64,000 bases of DNA, taken from positions 416,001-480,000 of the forward strand of contig CAWJCS010000004.1 of assembly GCA_963841435.1 (NCBI GenBank), read 5' to 3'. Positions within the stretch are counted from its first letter, which is position 1. Every line of letters starts with the position of its first letter. Origin of the DNA: an uncultured delta proteobacterium (GTDB lineage Bacteria; Myxococcota_A; Polyangia; Polyangiales; Polyangiaceae). The notes beneath the pieces are model-generated. The model had not been told where the DNA came from and made no database searches. It saw nothing but the letters and a program-made list of their open reading frames with translations. The translations under genes and the position numbers were made by a program. This document shows positions 10,072-18,860 of this stretch, in pieces.

Positions 10072-11469
10072 ATGAGACTTCGCCTAGCAATAGCGGCGAG
10101 CTTGACCGCTTTCACGTTGGCCGGCACGGCCATGGGGCAGCAGGCGTGGCTTCAGGATAGGCGCTACGGAGAGGGCATCGGCCTGCGCGCAGGCAACCTC
10201 GAGCTTCATCCGAGCCTCGCGGCCGAGCTCGGTTACGACAGCAATTATTTTCAGCGTTCGGGCGTCGGGGTCGAAGCGCCGCTCTATGACGCATGGCGTC
10301 TTCGCGTCACGCCGTCGCTATCGTTGTCGTCGCTTCGCGCTCGTACGCGTGACAGCAACGCCGTGGGCGCGCCTCCCGCGTTCACGTTCTCGCTCGGCGC
10401 GTACGCCACTTACAACGAGCTCTTCGGGTCCGACCAGGTAAGCAAACAGCGCCATCTGGACGCGGGCGTCGGCGGCAGGGTCAACGTCCTCGCCAATCGC
10501 CCGATTGGGTTCGACCTCTACGGTGACTACGTGCGCGCCGGGGAGCCGAGCAACACGCCCGATCTCGGGACCGGCGTGGCGTCGTTTAATCGTGGGTCGG
10601 CTCGCGGCGGCGCGGGCGCGACCTGGCGCCCCGGCGGCGGCCTCTTCGAGTGGCGTCTCGGCTACGAGGCGGCCTACCACTACTTCGAAGACACCCCCTA
10701 CGACGACCTCAACAACCTGCACCACACGATCAACACGCGTGGCCGCTGGCGGTTTCTCCCTCGCACTGCTCTCGTCTACCAGGCCGCGTATACGCTCGTC
10801 CGGTACACGAAGGGTGGGCACCCGCAGCCCAATGGTGACTTCGTCGAGGCGCGTGTCGGTTTGAACGGCCTCATCACGAGCCGGTTCGCGTTTCAGGCGA
10901 ATCTCGGCTGGAACTCGACGTTCTACGAGGCAGAGGCCGGCGAGACGACGCTCGCGCAGAACTACGACGGCTACGTGATGGCCGCGCAGCTCAAGTACTT
11001 CTTGATCCCCACCGCTTCGGCCGAGAGGGCGACGACCGGCATCTCGTCGATTGCTCTCGGTTTTCAGCGCGACTTTTCGAACAGCTACCTCGGCTCGTTC
11101 TACGTTCGCGACTACGGGTACTTGAAGCTCGAGACCTTCATCGCCGGCATGTTCGTCGGTTCGCTCCAGGGCGGGGTCGGGCGCTACAGCTTCCCCGCGT
11201 CCGACATCAACAACCCCGCCTTCAATCAGACGCGCCTCGACGCCGAGTTCTTCGGCGAATATCGCTTCAGCGATACCTTCGGCCTGAACGTCACGGTGAA
11301 CTACGACCGCGCCATCGGCGAAGGTCCAACCCCGAACGGTGTCGTGGTCTCCACGGGCAACGCCGGTCCCGACGGCATTGGCGGTACGGCCGACGACGTG
11401 CCCGCCTCCTTCGACAACCTCGAATACTCTCGCTTTCAGGCCTATCTCGGCCTGCGCGCCTTCTGGTGA
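10072..11469 (+). CDS. Outer-membrane beta-barrel protein, EpsX/ExoB/Wzp-like partner of a short OPX
   Basis: Signal peptide; LHPSLAAELGYDSN motif; many amphipathic aromatic-rich strands; ends in an aromatic residue (LGLRAFW); coupled to the OPX gene. Confidence 0.7.
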   Translation: MRLRLAIAASLTAFTLAGTAMGQQAWLQDRRYGEGIGLRAGNLELHPSLAAELGYDSNYFQRSGVGVEAPLYDAWRLRVTPSLSLSSLRARTRDSNAVGAPPAFTFSLGAYATYNELFGSDQVSKQRHLDAGVGGRVNVLANRPIGFDLYGDYVRAGEPSNTPDLGTGVASFNRGSARGGAGATWRPGGGLFEWRLGYEAAYHYFEDTPYDDLNNLHHTINTRGRWRFLPRTALVYQAAYTLVRYTKGGHPQPNGDFVEARVGLNGLITSRFAFQANLGWNSTFYEAEAGETTLAQNYDGYVMAAQLKYFLIPTASAERATTGISSIALGFQRDFSNSYLGSFYVRDYGYLKLETFIAGMFVGSLQGGVGRYSFPASDINNPAFNQTRLDAEFFGEYRFSDTFGLNVTVNYDRAIGEGPTPNGVVVSTGNAGPDGIGGTADDVPASFDNLEYSRFQAYLGLRAFW

Positions 11470-12107
11470 TCGTGACGGGCGCCCGCGAAAAGGGCAGCAG
11501 AAGGGTCCCGAGGTCGAGCCGGCGCGCCCTGCTCGCAGCCTTCGGCGTGTTGCTCGTTCAGGCCTGTTCTTCGGGCAGGGGCCGCAACGCCGTCAGCCTG
11601 CCGCCGCCCTCCGAGAAGTCGAACATCGGCCCGGGTGACATCTTCACGCTGCAGATTGTCGGAGAGAAGGATCTGCCGCAGGAGTTCCAGGTCGCCTCCG
11701 ACGGCGGCGCCGATCTGCCGTATCTCAAGCGCGTCCAGGTTGCCGGGCTCGAGCCGCAGGACATCGCGCGGGTCGTGCGCCAGAAGCTGATGGAGGGGCG
11801 CTTCTTCGTCGATCCCGTCGTGATCGTGCAGGTGCGCGAGTATCACAGCCGTACGGTGATCTTGCTCGGCCAGATCGCCAAGCCGGGCAGCTTCCCGCTG
11901 ACGCCGGGCCTCACGTTGATGCAGGCCATCTCGCTGGCGGGCGGTCTTACGGCGATCGCCGACGATGATCGCGTCACCCTGACGCGCAAGGTGGGCAACG
12001 GAACGAAGACAGTCAACGTGAGTGTCAACGCAATCACCGATGGCGATGCCCAGGACGTCCCGCTTCAGGCAGGCGACCGCATCTTCGTCTACGAGCGGCT
12101 GTTCTAA
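11466..12107 (+). CDS. Short polysaccharide export (OPX/Wza-like) lipoprotein, Poly_export + SLBB domains
   Basis: Lipobox VQAC; IGPGD...DG..LPY...V.VAGL; GQIAKPG...LTLMQAISLAGG; LQAGDRIFV. It lacks the C-terminal OM-spanning helix of classical Wza. Confidence 0.85.
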   Translation: MIVTGAREKGSRRVPRSSRRALLAAFGVLLVQACSSGRGRNAVSLPPPSEKSNIGPGDIFTLQIVGEKDLPQEFQVASDGGADLPYLKRVQVAGLEPQDIARVVRQKLMEGRFFVDPVVIVQVREYHSRTVILLGQIAKPGSFPLTPGLTLMQAISLAGGLTAIADDDRVTLTRKVGNGTKTVNVSVNAITDGDAQDVPLQAGDRIFVYERLF

Positions 12108-13138
12108 CGGGCGCGCGAGCGCCCCGAGAACAGGTAGCGAATCAGAAGGATCGCGCGGAGCTTCGGTGCCGTCACGCCGAGCACGGAAGCGCTTCCCCCG
12201 GCGCCCTCGGTTCGTGAGAGGGGGAGGCCCGAGCCCATGCCGAGCGCCGCGCTGAACGTCGAGTCGGCATGGGGTGAGAAGCGCAGGCTCGCGAGCCATT
12301 CGGCGGGAAGGTCTCGCTCGCCCGTTTTCGCGCCGACGGGCGGCGCGGCGAGGCCAGCGCGCAGGCTCGCCTCGACGGCGAGTGCGAGCGCGGGTTCCTC
12401 GAGCAGGCGCCCTGCGAGGCCGGCGCCGAGTGTGAGCTCGCTGCCCTCACGCACGGTGCCGAACGAGACTGCGCGCCGCAGACGAAAGCCTGCGTCGAGC
12501 GCCGCCGTGAAGCGACCCTCGCGGAGCTCGACGACGGCACCCGGTGCGACCGTCGGCCCCTTTCCGCCCGCGAGCGCGAAAGCGTCCCCGAGCGGCAACG
12601 CGACTTCGAGGCGAGTCGAGAGCGCAACCGGTGTCTCGTGCGAGCGCCCGAGCACGGCGGTCCAGAGACCGAGCCGCGGGTCGCGCACGGTGGTCGGCGT
12701 GACCGAGCTCGAGCGTTGCGACGTGACGCCTTCGGCGCCGGTGCCGTGCTGGTAGAGGACGAGCGGCAGCGAGAGCGAGGCATCCAACCCACGGCCGAGT
12801 CCGTAGCGCGCGCCGAGCGTGAGCGTGCTCGTGAAGTCGAGCACGGGAACCTCGCGACCCTCGGGATGCGGCGACGCGGCGACGAGCAGCACGGGGCGCT
12901 CGAGGGTGGTGATGGCGGCCACGAGTGAAACGTCGCGCGGCTCGAGCGTTCGGGCCGCACCGAGCGACGGGAAGGGGGAGCTGCCCGCCGAGATCCAGAG
13001 AGGGTCGGCGTCGAAACAGGGCGAGACGGTCGCGCGCGCGCTGCACGGATCCGGGTCGGCGTGCCCGGCGCGGGTGAGCGTCGTGGCGAGCAACAGGACC
13101 GCACCGGCGCGCGTGACCGTTCGGGCGGCTCGCGGCAT
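12104..13138 (-). CDS. Secreted hypothetical protein, probable beta-barrel (myxobacterial OmpA-N-terminal-like)
   Basis: Signal peptide (AGHA-D), a Cys pair and amphipathic strands with a DPRLG motif. Confidence 0.6.
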   Translation of the reverse strand: MPRAARTVTRAGAVLLLATTLTRAGHADPDPCSARATVSPCFDADPLWISAGSSPFPSLGAARTLEPRDVSLVAAITTLERPVLLVAASPHPEGREVPVLDFTSTLTLGARYGLGRGLDASLSLPLVLYQHGTGAEGVTSQRSSSVTPTTVRDPRLGLWTAVLGRSHETPVALSTRLEVALPLGDAFALAGGKGPTVAPGAVVELREGRFTAALDAGFRLRRAVSFGTVREGSELTLGAGLAGRLLEEPALALAVEASLRAGLAAPPVGAKTGERDLPAEWLASLRFSPHADSTFSAALGMGSGLPLSRTEGAGGSASVLGVTAPKLRAILLIRYLFSGRSRAR

Positions 13139-13186
13139 CCGACGAGCCTATAACGACTTCGGCCAAAGAGTGGTAAGAGGCGCGCG

Positions 13187-13798
13187 ATGCCGCGCTCGAT
13201 CAGCTCCGCGCACCCGCTGGTCCTCGGTTCGGCGTCGCCGCGCCGCCGTGACATCCTCGCGGGGCTCGGCGTGCCCGTACGCGTCCTCCCGGCGGGCGTG
13301 CTCGAGGACGCGCTGCCGGGCGAGACCCCGCTCGCCTACGTCGAGCGCGTCGTCGGGGACAAGCTCGGCGCGGTGACCGAACGGGCTCGCGGCGCGGAGG
13401 GCGCCGGGATTTTGGTCGCCGACACCATCGTCGTCCTCGACGATCAGATCCTCGGCAAGCCGCGCGATGTCGAGGACGCGGCACGGTTGCTCTCGCGCCT
13501 CGCTGGACGCGTGCATCGAGTTCACACGCGGTACGCGCTTGCCTCGCGCGAGGGCGGCCTGCTTCTGGCGCGCACCGTCACGTCCGAGGTGTGGCTGAGG
13601 AAGGCTTCCCGGAGCGAGCTCGACGGCTACGCGCGGACGGGCGAGGGGCTCGACAAGGCGGGCGCCTACGCGATCCAAGGTGTGGGCGCGTTCCTCGTGG
13701 AGCGCATCCAGGGCTCGTACTCCAACGTCGTCGGGCTGCCGGCTTGCGAAGTCGTCCTCGACTTGCTCGAGGTCGGCCTCCTCGAATCGTTCCCGTGA
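13187..13798 (+). CDS. maf: Maf family nucleoside triphosphate pyrophosphatase
   Basis: LVLGSASPRRRDIL, ADTIVVLDDQILGKP, DKAGAYAIQG, GSYSNVVGLP. Confidence 0.93.
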   Translation: MPRSISSAHPLVLGSASPRRRDILAGLGVPVRVLPAGVLEDALPGETPLAYVERVVGDKLGAVTERARGAEGAGILVADTIVVLDDQILGKPRDVEDAARLLSRLAGRVHRVHTRYALASREGGLLLARTVTSEVWLRKASRSELDGYARTGEGLDKAGAYAIQGVGAFLVERIQGSYSNVVGLPACEVVLDLLEVGLLESFP

Positions 13799-15249
13799 GC
13801 CCGCGCGGCGGCCTCGCCTCCCTTGGACGGGCGCTCGCCGGTCCTTCGGCGACCTCGGCGCCGCGTCCCGCGGACGTGCTCTGGCCGCTCGGGCTCGCGC
13901 TCGCGGTGCGGGGGCTCCTCGTTGCCTACGCCGCGTCGCGCTTTCCTCCCGTCGACGACGGGACATTTTATCACGTCGTGGCCGACCGCATCGCGCGCGG
14001 TCTCGGATACACCTGGGCCTGGCCCGACGGCGCGGTCACCATCGCAGCGCACTATCCTGTGGGCTATCCGGCGCTGGTCGGCGCGTTCTACGCGCTCTTC
14101 GGGTCGCGTCCGGGGGCCGCCATGCTGCTCAACGTGCTCGTGGGCACGTTGAGCGCCGGAGCCGCACACACGCTCGCGGCGCGCGTGGCCTCGCGTGCTG
14201 GCGCCCTGCTCGCCGGCGTCCTCGTGGCGCTCGAGCCGGCCCTCGTGCTCTACACGCCGGCTCTCATGACGGAAGCCGTTGCCGGCGAGCTCTTGCTCGT
14301 CGCCGCTGCGATTGCCGTCGCGCGCAGGCCCGGCTCGGCGACCTTGCGTGCCGTCGCCGCGGGGGTGGTGCTCGGCGTGGCGCTCCTCGTGCGCCCGCAG
14401 CTCGTGCTCGTGGCGCCACTGTTTGGCTGGCTCGTTGCTGGGCGCGCGAGCCTCCGGCGGCGCCTTTCGCTCGCGCTCATCGTGGTGGGCGCGAGCGTCG
14501 GCTGCTGTCTGCCGTGGACCGCGCGAAACTGCGCAAGGCTCGACCGCTGCGCCTTCGTGAGCGCCAACGGCGGCTGGAACCTCTACATTGGCAGCTCGCC
14601 GCTCGGCAAGGGTGGCTTCGCGCCCATCGACGCCATCGGTGTCCCCCAGGCTTGCCGCACCGTGTTCGGCGAGGGCGCGAAGGATCGCTGCTTCGGCCGA
14701 GCGGGTCTCGAGCGCATCGTGGCGCACCCGGGCGCGTGGCTGTCGCTCGTCCCCGACAAGCTCGGCATGACGTTCGACTACGGCACGGCCGCCGCCCACT
14801 ATCTGGCGGCATCGAACGGCGCTCTCGTGGGCGAGCGAGAGAAGACCGCCATCGGTGCGGCGGAGCTCGTCGGACAGCGCGTGCTTTTGCTCCTCGGGCT
14901 CCTCGCTCTCGCTCGGGCCGACGGGCCGCGAGCGCGGGCGCGCCGGGTGTTGGGGGGGATCTCGGCGCTCGCTGCCTTCCAGCCGGCGGCCTACCTCGCC
15001 TGGCTCGGGCTCGTTGCCACGGCGCTGACGCTCGGCCGGGCCATCGAGCGGCACGGCCCGGCCCTGCTCGTGACCGGCGTCGTGGCCGCAACCGCGCTGA
15101 CACACGCGATGTTCTTCGGCGCCTCGCGCTATGCGCTCGTTTGCGTTCCGGCGCTCGGCGCGCTTTCGGGCTGCGTGTGGCTCCGTCGCCCCGGGGAGGT
15201 TTCGACAAAGCGCGACGAATCGAGCCAGGAAAATGCCAAAGGCGGCTGA
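13795..15249 (+). CDS. Multi-TM GT-C (ArnT/PMT-like) glycosyltransferase
   Basis: GTG at 13795 overlaps the maf stop. DD.TFYHVVA in the first loop, YPVGYP, LMTE, LVRP and PWTARN motifs; many TMs. Confidence 0.72.
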   Translation: MSPRGGLASLGRALAGPSATSAPRPADVLWPLGLALAVRGLLVAYAASRFPPVDDGTFYHVVADRIARGLGYTWAWPDGAVTIAAHYPVGYPALVGAFYALFGSRPGAAMLLNVLVGTLSAGAAHTLAARVASRAGALLAGVLVALEPALVLYTPALMTEAVAGELLLVAAAIAVARRPGSATLRAVAAGVVLGVALLVRPQLVLVAPLFGWLVAGRASLRRRLSLALIVVGASVGCCLPWTARNCARLDRCAFVSANGGWNLYIGSSPLGKGGFAPIDAIGVPQACRTVFGEGAKDRCFGRAGLERIVAHPGAWLSLVPDKLGMTFDYGTAAAHYLAASNGALVGEREKTAIGAAELVGQRVLLLLGLLALARADGPRARARRVLGGISALAAFQPAAYLAWLGLVATALTLGRAIERHGPALLVTGVVAATALTHAMFFGASRYALVCVPALGALSGCVWLRRPGEVSTKRDESSQENAKGG

Positions 15250-15278
15250 TTGACGCCGAAAGGCGCGGGCGATACTCT
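15250..15278 (+). promoter_or_regulatory. Sigma70-type promoter
   Basis: TTGACG (15250-15255), 17 nt spacer, TACTCT (15273-15278), 12 nt before ATG 15291. Confidence 0.55.
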
Positions 15279-15290
15279 GAAAGTATCCCG

Positions 15291-15554
15291 ATGCCTCTCA
15301 TCGAAACCGAAGAAGCAGCACGGCGCCTGGCTCGCGCAATCGCAAGCGATGTCTCCCTCTACAACGAGGAAAAGATCGTGCGCGGTCTCGAACGCGACAG
15401 CCTTTTCGACGAGCTGAACGAGGAGATCGAGGAAGGTCGAGCGCTCTACAAGAGCCGCGTCTCGCCGGACCTCTACCACCGCAATTTCTACGACCGTGCC
15501 CTGGTCGATATCCTCATCCGATCGAAGGGGCACATCAAGAGTAGGATCTGGTAG
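15291..15554 (+). CDS. Small hypothetical protein (87 aa, ARRLARAIASDVSLYN motif)
   Basis: Well-formed helical protein at the end of the long 13680 ORF, with its own promoter and ATG. Confidence 0.8.
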   Translation: MPLIETEEAARRLARAIASDVSLYNEEKIVRGLERDSLFDELNEEIEEGRALYKSRVSPDLYHRNFYDRALVDILIRSKGHIKSRIW

Positions 15555-15577
15555 AGAAGCAGCGCTTCGTTCTCGGC

Positions 15578-16510
15578 GTGGGCGCTGCCGAGCGCCTCGA
15601 CAAAGCCCTCGCGCGTTTGCTGTCGGACACCTCGCGGAGCACCATCAAGCGCTGGATCGACGAGGGGCGGGTGCTCGTCAACGGCCAGCCGGGTCGCGCC
15701 AGCGCTCGCTTGGGCGAGGGAGCGGTGATCGAGGTCGAGCCTGGCTCGCGGCTTCCCACCCGCGCGGAGCCGGACCCCGCGGTCTCGGTCGACGTGCTCC
15801 ACGAGGACGACGATCTCGTCGTCGTCAACAAGCCGGCGGGGCTCGTCGTGCATCCGGCGCGTGGGCACTGGACGGGGACGCTCGTGAACGGTTTGCTCGC
15901 GCGCTCCGGATTTACCGCGCCCGGCGCCGATCCGCGCGACCCCGCAGGGCTCCTGCGCCCGGGCGTGGTGCATCGCCTCGACAAGGACACGAGCGGCGTG
16001 CTCGTGGTCGCGAAAACCGAGCACGCGCGAGAGGCGCTGAAGCTCCAGCTCGCGGCGCACACCAGCGAGAGGCGCTACCTGGGGCTCACCGTGGGGGTGC
16101 CCCGGGCCGGCACGATAACGACGCTCTATGGTCGGCACCCGCGGTCAAGGCTTCGCTTCACCTCGCGGCTCGACGAGGGGCGGAGCGCCGTGACGCACGT
16201 CGAGGTCATCGAGCGGCTGGCTGGGGGCCGCGCCGCGCTCGTCGGCTGCCGACTCGAGACCGGGCGTACGCACCAGATCCGCGTGCACTTGAGCGAGCAG
16301 GCACTGACGCCGCTGTTCTCGGACCGGCTCTACGGAAGCCCGCTCCACGACGCGGAGCTTCATGCCGTGGCGTCCGAGCTCGGCCGGCAGGCATTGCACG
16401 CCGCCGTGCTCTCTTTCGACCACCCGACGCGTGGCGAGCGACTACGCTTCGAGGCTCCGTTGCCCGAAGACTTCGCGCGGGCCTGCGAACGATTGCGCGC
16501 ACTCGGCTGA
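15578..16510 (+). CDS. rluD: RluA/RluD family 23S rRNA pseudouridine synthase
   Basis: S4 domain (ERLDKAL), VVNKPAGLVVHP, HRLDKDTSG, TGRTHQIRVH, RQALHA. The true start may be slightly upstream (CTG 15548). Confidence 0.9.
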   Translation: MGAAERLDKALARLLSDTSRSTIKRWIDEGRVLVNGQPGRASARLGEGAVIEVEPGSRLPTRAEPDPAVSVDVLHEDDDLVVVNKPAGLVVHPARGHWTGTLVNGLLARSGFTAPGADPRDPAGLLRPGVVHRLDKDTSGVLVVAKTEHAREALKLQLAAHTSERRYLGLTVGVPRAGTITTLYGRHPRSRLRFTSRLDEGRSAVTHVEVIERLAGGRAALVGCRLETGRTHQIRVHLSEQALTPLFSDRLYGSPLHDAELHAVASELGRQALHAAVLSFDHPTRGERLRFEAPLPEDFARACERLRALG

Positions 16511-16565
16511 CCGCACGGCGCGTGGCGGGTCGCTCGATCCGGAAGGCAATTGCAGACTCGGGACG

Positions 16566-17570
16566 CTAGAGCTTCAGCACCTGGCCGAAGCGTCGCTTCA
16601 GCGCATCGGCGCCGGCGGGACCGAAGTCGTTGCCGAAGATGTCGAGTGAACGAAGGCTGCCGAGCCCGGACGACTGAGCGAGTGCCGTGGCGCCGGCGTC
16701 GCCGATGCCGTTGGCGCTGAGGTCGAGAACCTCGAGCCTTGCGAGCGCCTGCGAGCTTGCCACGGCGCGCGCGCCGGTGTCGCCGAGCGCGTTGCCGGAA
16801 AGGGCCAGCACGGCGAGGGACCCGAGCGTGTTGCTCTTGGCGAGCGCGGTCACGCCCTCGGCGCCGATGTCGCACCCGAGCAGGAACAGCGAGCGAACTT
16901 TGCCGAGTCCCGGTGACATCGCGAGAGCGCGCGCTCCCTCGAGGCCGATGGGATTCATGCTGAGATCGAGGGAGACGACGCCACCGAGAAGGCTCGCCCT
17001 GGCAAGTGCCACGGTGCCGGCGGGGCCGATGGCGTTGCCACTCAGGTTGAGGACCTTGAGGTTCGCGAAGCGTTGGGTCGCCGAAAGCTCGCTGGCACCC
17101 GCATCGCCCATGTCGTTGCCGCTCAAATCGAGCTGGCGCAACGAGCTCAGGTTGGGCGACGCCGCGAACGCGCGCACACCCTCGGCGCCGAGGTCGTTGT
17201 CACTGGCGTCCAGGGCCGACAGCTGGCCGAGCGCGGAGCTCTGGACGAGTAGGCTGCCGAGCTCTGGGCCCAACCCTCGAGCCGCGAGATCGAGGCGGGC
17301 GACGCCGGCCAGCGTGTCCGGGGTGAGGCGCTTCCGGACCTCGGCGAGGGTGCTTGCGCCCTCGAGATCTTCCGTCTTGCCCTCGGCGCCCGCGATCCTT
17401 GCGTCTTGTCCGGTGCCGATACCACTGCGCGGGGCGCCCGGCGCGTCCGCGGCAGCGGGCGGAGCGCTCGCGGGTGGCGGCGCCCCTGCCGAGCCGCCGC
17501 ACGCGCCCGCCCCCCACGCGACAGCCGAGAGCGCGGCGGAGCAGAGCGCGAGTCGGATGGGTCTTTGCAT
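16566..17570 (-). CDS. Leucine-rich-repeat lipoprotein (RI/GALA-like repeats of about 28 aa)
   Basis: Lipobox GAGAC, Pro/Ala linker and about 8 repeats of LxxLDLSxNxIGxxGAxALA. Confidence 0.85.
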   Translation of the reverse strand: MQRPIRLALCSAALSAVAWGAGACGGSAGAPPPASAPPAAADAPGAPRSGIGTGQDARIAGAEGKTEDLEGASTLAEVRKRLTPDTLAGVARLDLAARGLGPELGSLLVQSSALGQLSALDASDNDLGAEGVRAFAASPNLSSLRQLDLSGNDMGDAGASELSATQRFANLKVLNLSGNAIGPAGTVALARASLLGGVVSLDLSMNPIGLEGARALAMSPGLGKVRSLFLLGCDIGAEGVTALAKSNTLGSLAVLALSGNALGDTGARAVASSQALARLEVLDLSANGIGDAGATALAQSSGLGSLRSLDIFGNDFGPAGADALKRRFGQVLKL

Positions 17571-17593
17571 CCGACGATCATCCTAGCAAAGGC

Positions 17594-18598
17594 TCACTCG
17601 ATCGATCCAGAGGCGCCAGCGGGCTCGGTCGCAGTCTCGGGCACTCCGGCCCCGAGCTTTTGAGGGTGGCGGAGTCGGAGCAGCGCGAGGGCGATGAACC
17701 CGACGAGCACCGCCCACCAGAGGGTCGCGAAGCGGACGAGAATCATCGACGCGGTGGCGTCGCCCGCCTGGACGCCGCCGAGACGCACGAGCTGCTCCTG
17801 GATCATCGCCTCGGCGACGCCCAGCCCGCCGGGCACGGGAATGAGCGCCCCCGCGAGGCTCGCGGTCGAATAGAAGAACACGGCCACGCCGATCGGCACG
17901 GCCGCGCCAAAGCCGAGCAAGATGACGTAGAGGGCCACGCCCTCGCAGCCCCAGGCGAGCACCGATAGACCCGTGGGCACGAGCAAGGCGACAGGTCCGG
18001 CCACCACGCGCAGGCTGTCGAACGCCACGGCGAGCCTCGGCGCGACGCGTGACCCGAATCCGCTGCGTTGCCCGAGCCAGCCGAGCAGCGCCCGCACGGG
18101 GCGATCGTAGGCGATCAGCATGACGCCGACGACGACCGCCGTCGTCCCCGCGATGGCCCAGCCGAGCCCGCCGGCGAAGGCGCCACTGCCGACGACGATC
18201 AGCGTGATGACGCCGATGGCGTCGGTCAGTCGCTCGGCGACGACGATCGGCGCCGTTCGCTCGGCTGGAACGCCGTGGGTCCGCGAGAGCACCGCGCTCT
18301 TGAAGACTTCACCGACCTTGCCCGGCGTCACCGTGAGGATGAAGCCGCTCAGGAAGATGAGAAGGCTGTCCACCACGGCGACGTGGCGCACCTCGAGCCT
18401 CTTTAGGTAGTACTGCCACTTGAGGAAGCGCAAAAGGTAGTTCGCGCTGGCGAGCGACAGTGCCGCGAGGAAGGTGAGCCACGAGAAGCGCTCGAGGCTG
18501 TCCCGGATGGCGGCGTAGCCGGTGTAGAGCACGAACGCGCCGTACACGAGCACGCCGAACAGCATCGCGAATACGATGCGCCGGACGAGTCGGCTCAT
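17594..18598 (-). CDS. Lysylphosphatidylglycerol-synthase-TM / flippase-like (UPF0104) membrane protein
   Basis: ATG 18598 (MSRLVRR); NYLLRFLKW, TPGKVGE, ERLTD and PGGLGVAE motifs. Confidence 0.82.
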   Translation of the reverse strand: MSRLVRRIVFAMLFGVLVYGAFVLYTGYAAIRDSLERFSWLTFLAALSLASANYLLRFLKWQYYLKRLEVRHVAVVDSLLIFLSGFILTVTPGKVGEVFKSAVLSRTHGVPAERTAPIVVAERLTDAIGVITLIVVGSGAFAGGLGWAIAGTTAVVVGVMLIAYDRPVRALLGWLGQRSGFGSRVAPRLAVAFDSLRVVAGPVALLVPTGLSVLAWGCEGVALYVILLGFGAAVPIGVAVFFYSTASLAGALIPVPGGLGVAEAMIQEQLVRLGGVQAGDATASMILVRFATLWWAVLVGFIALALLRLRHPQKLGAGVPETATEPAGASGSIE

Positions 18599-18798
18599 GG
18601 ACGCCGGCGCTTTCGGAGACGGAGCGCGTAATAGACGAGCGTGAGCACGACGAGCAATGCTGCCACGGCAACGACCACGGCCGCAGAGGTTTGCTGCTCG
18701 CCGCGGGCCAGGCCCGGCGGCGGCCGCTCGACGAGCGTGCGCTCGCCGGTTGCTTGGGCGCTCCCGAGGCTCGCCAACGGCCGGGGTCGCTCCGTCAT
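18595..18798 (-). CDS. Small single-TM membrane protein (67 aa)
   Basis: MTERPRP...VVVAVAALLVVLTLVYYALRLRKRRRP; its stop overlaps the downstream ATG. Confidence 0.5.
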   Translation of the reverse strand: MTERPRPLASLGSAQATGERTLVERPPPGLARGEQQTSAAVVVAVAALLVVLTLVYYALRLRKRRRP

Positions 18799-18860
18799 TC
18801 GGCTCGCGGGAATACCTGGGCGGTTGACGACTTGCAACTCTCGCGAAAGGATGCCCCAGC

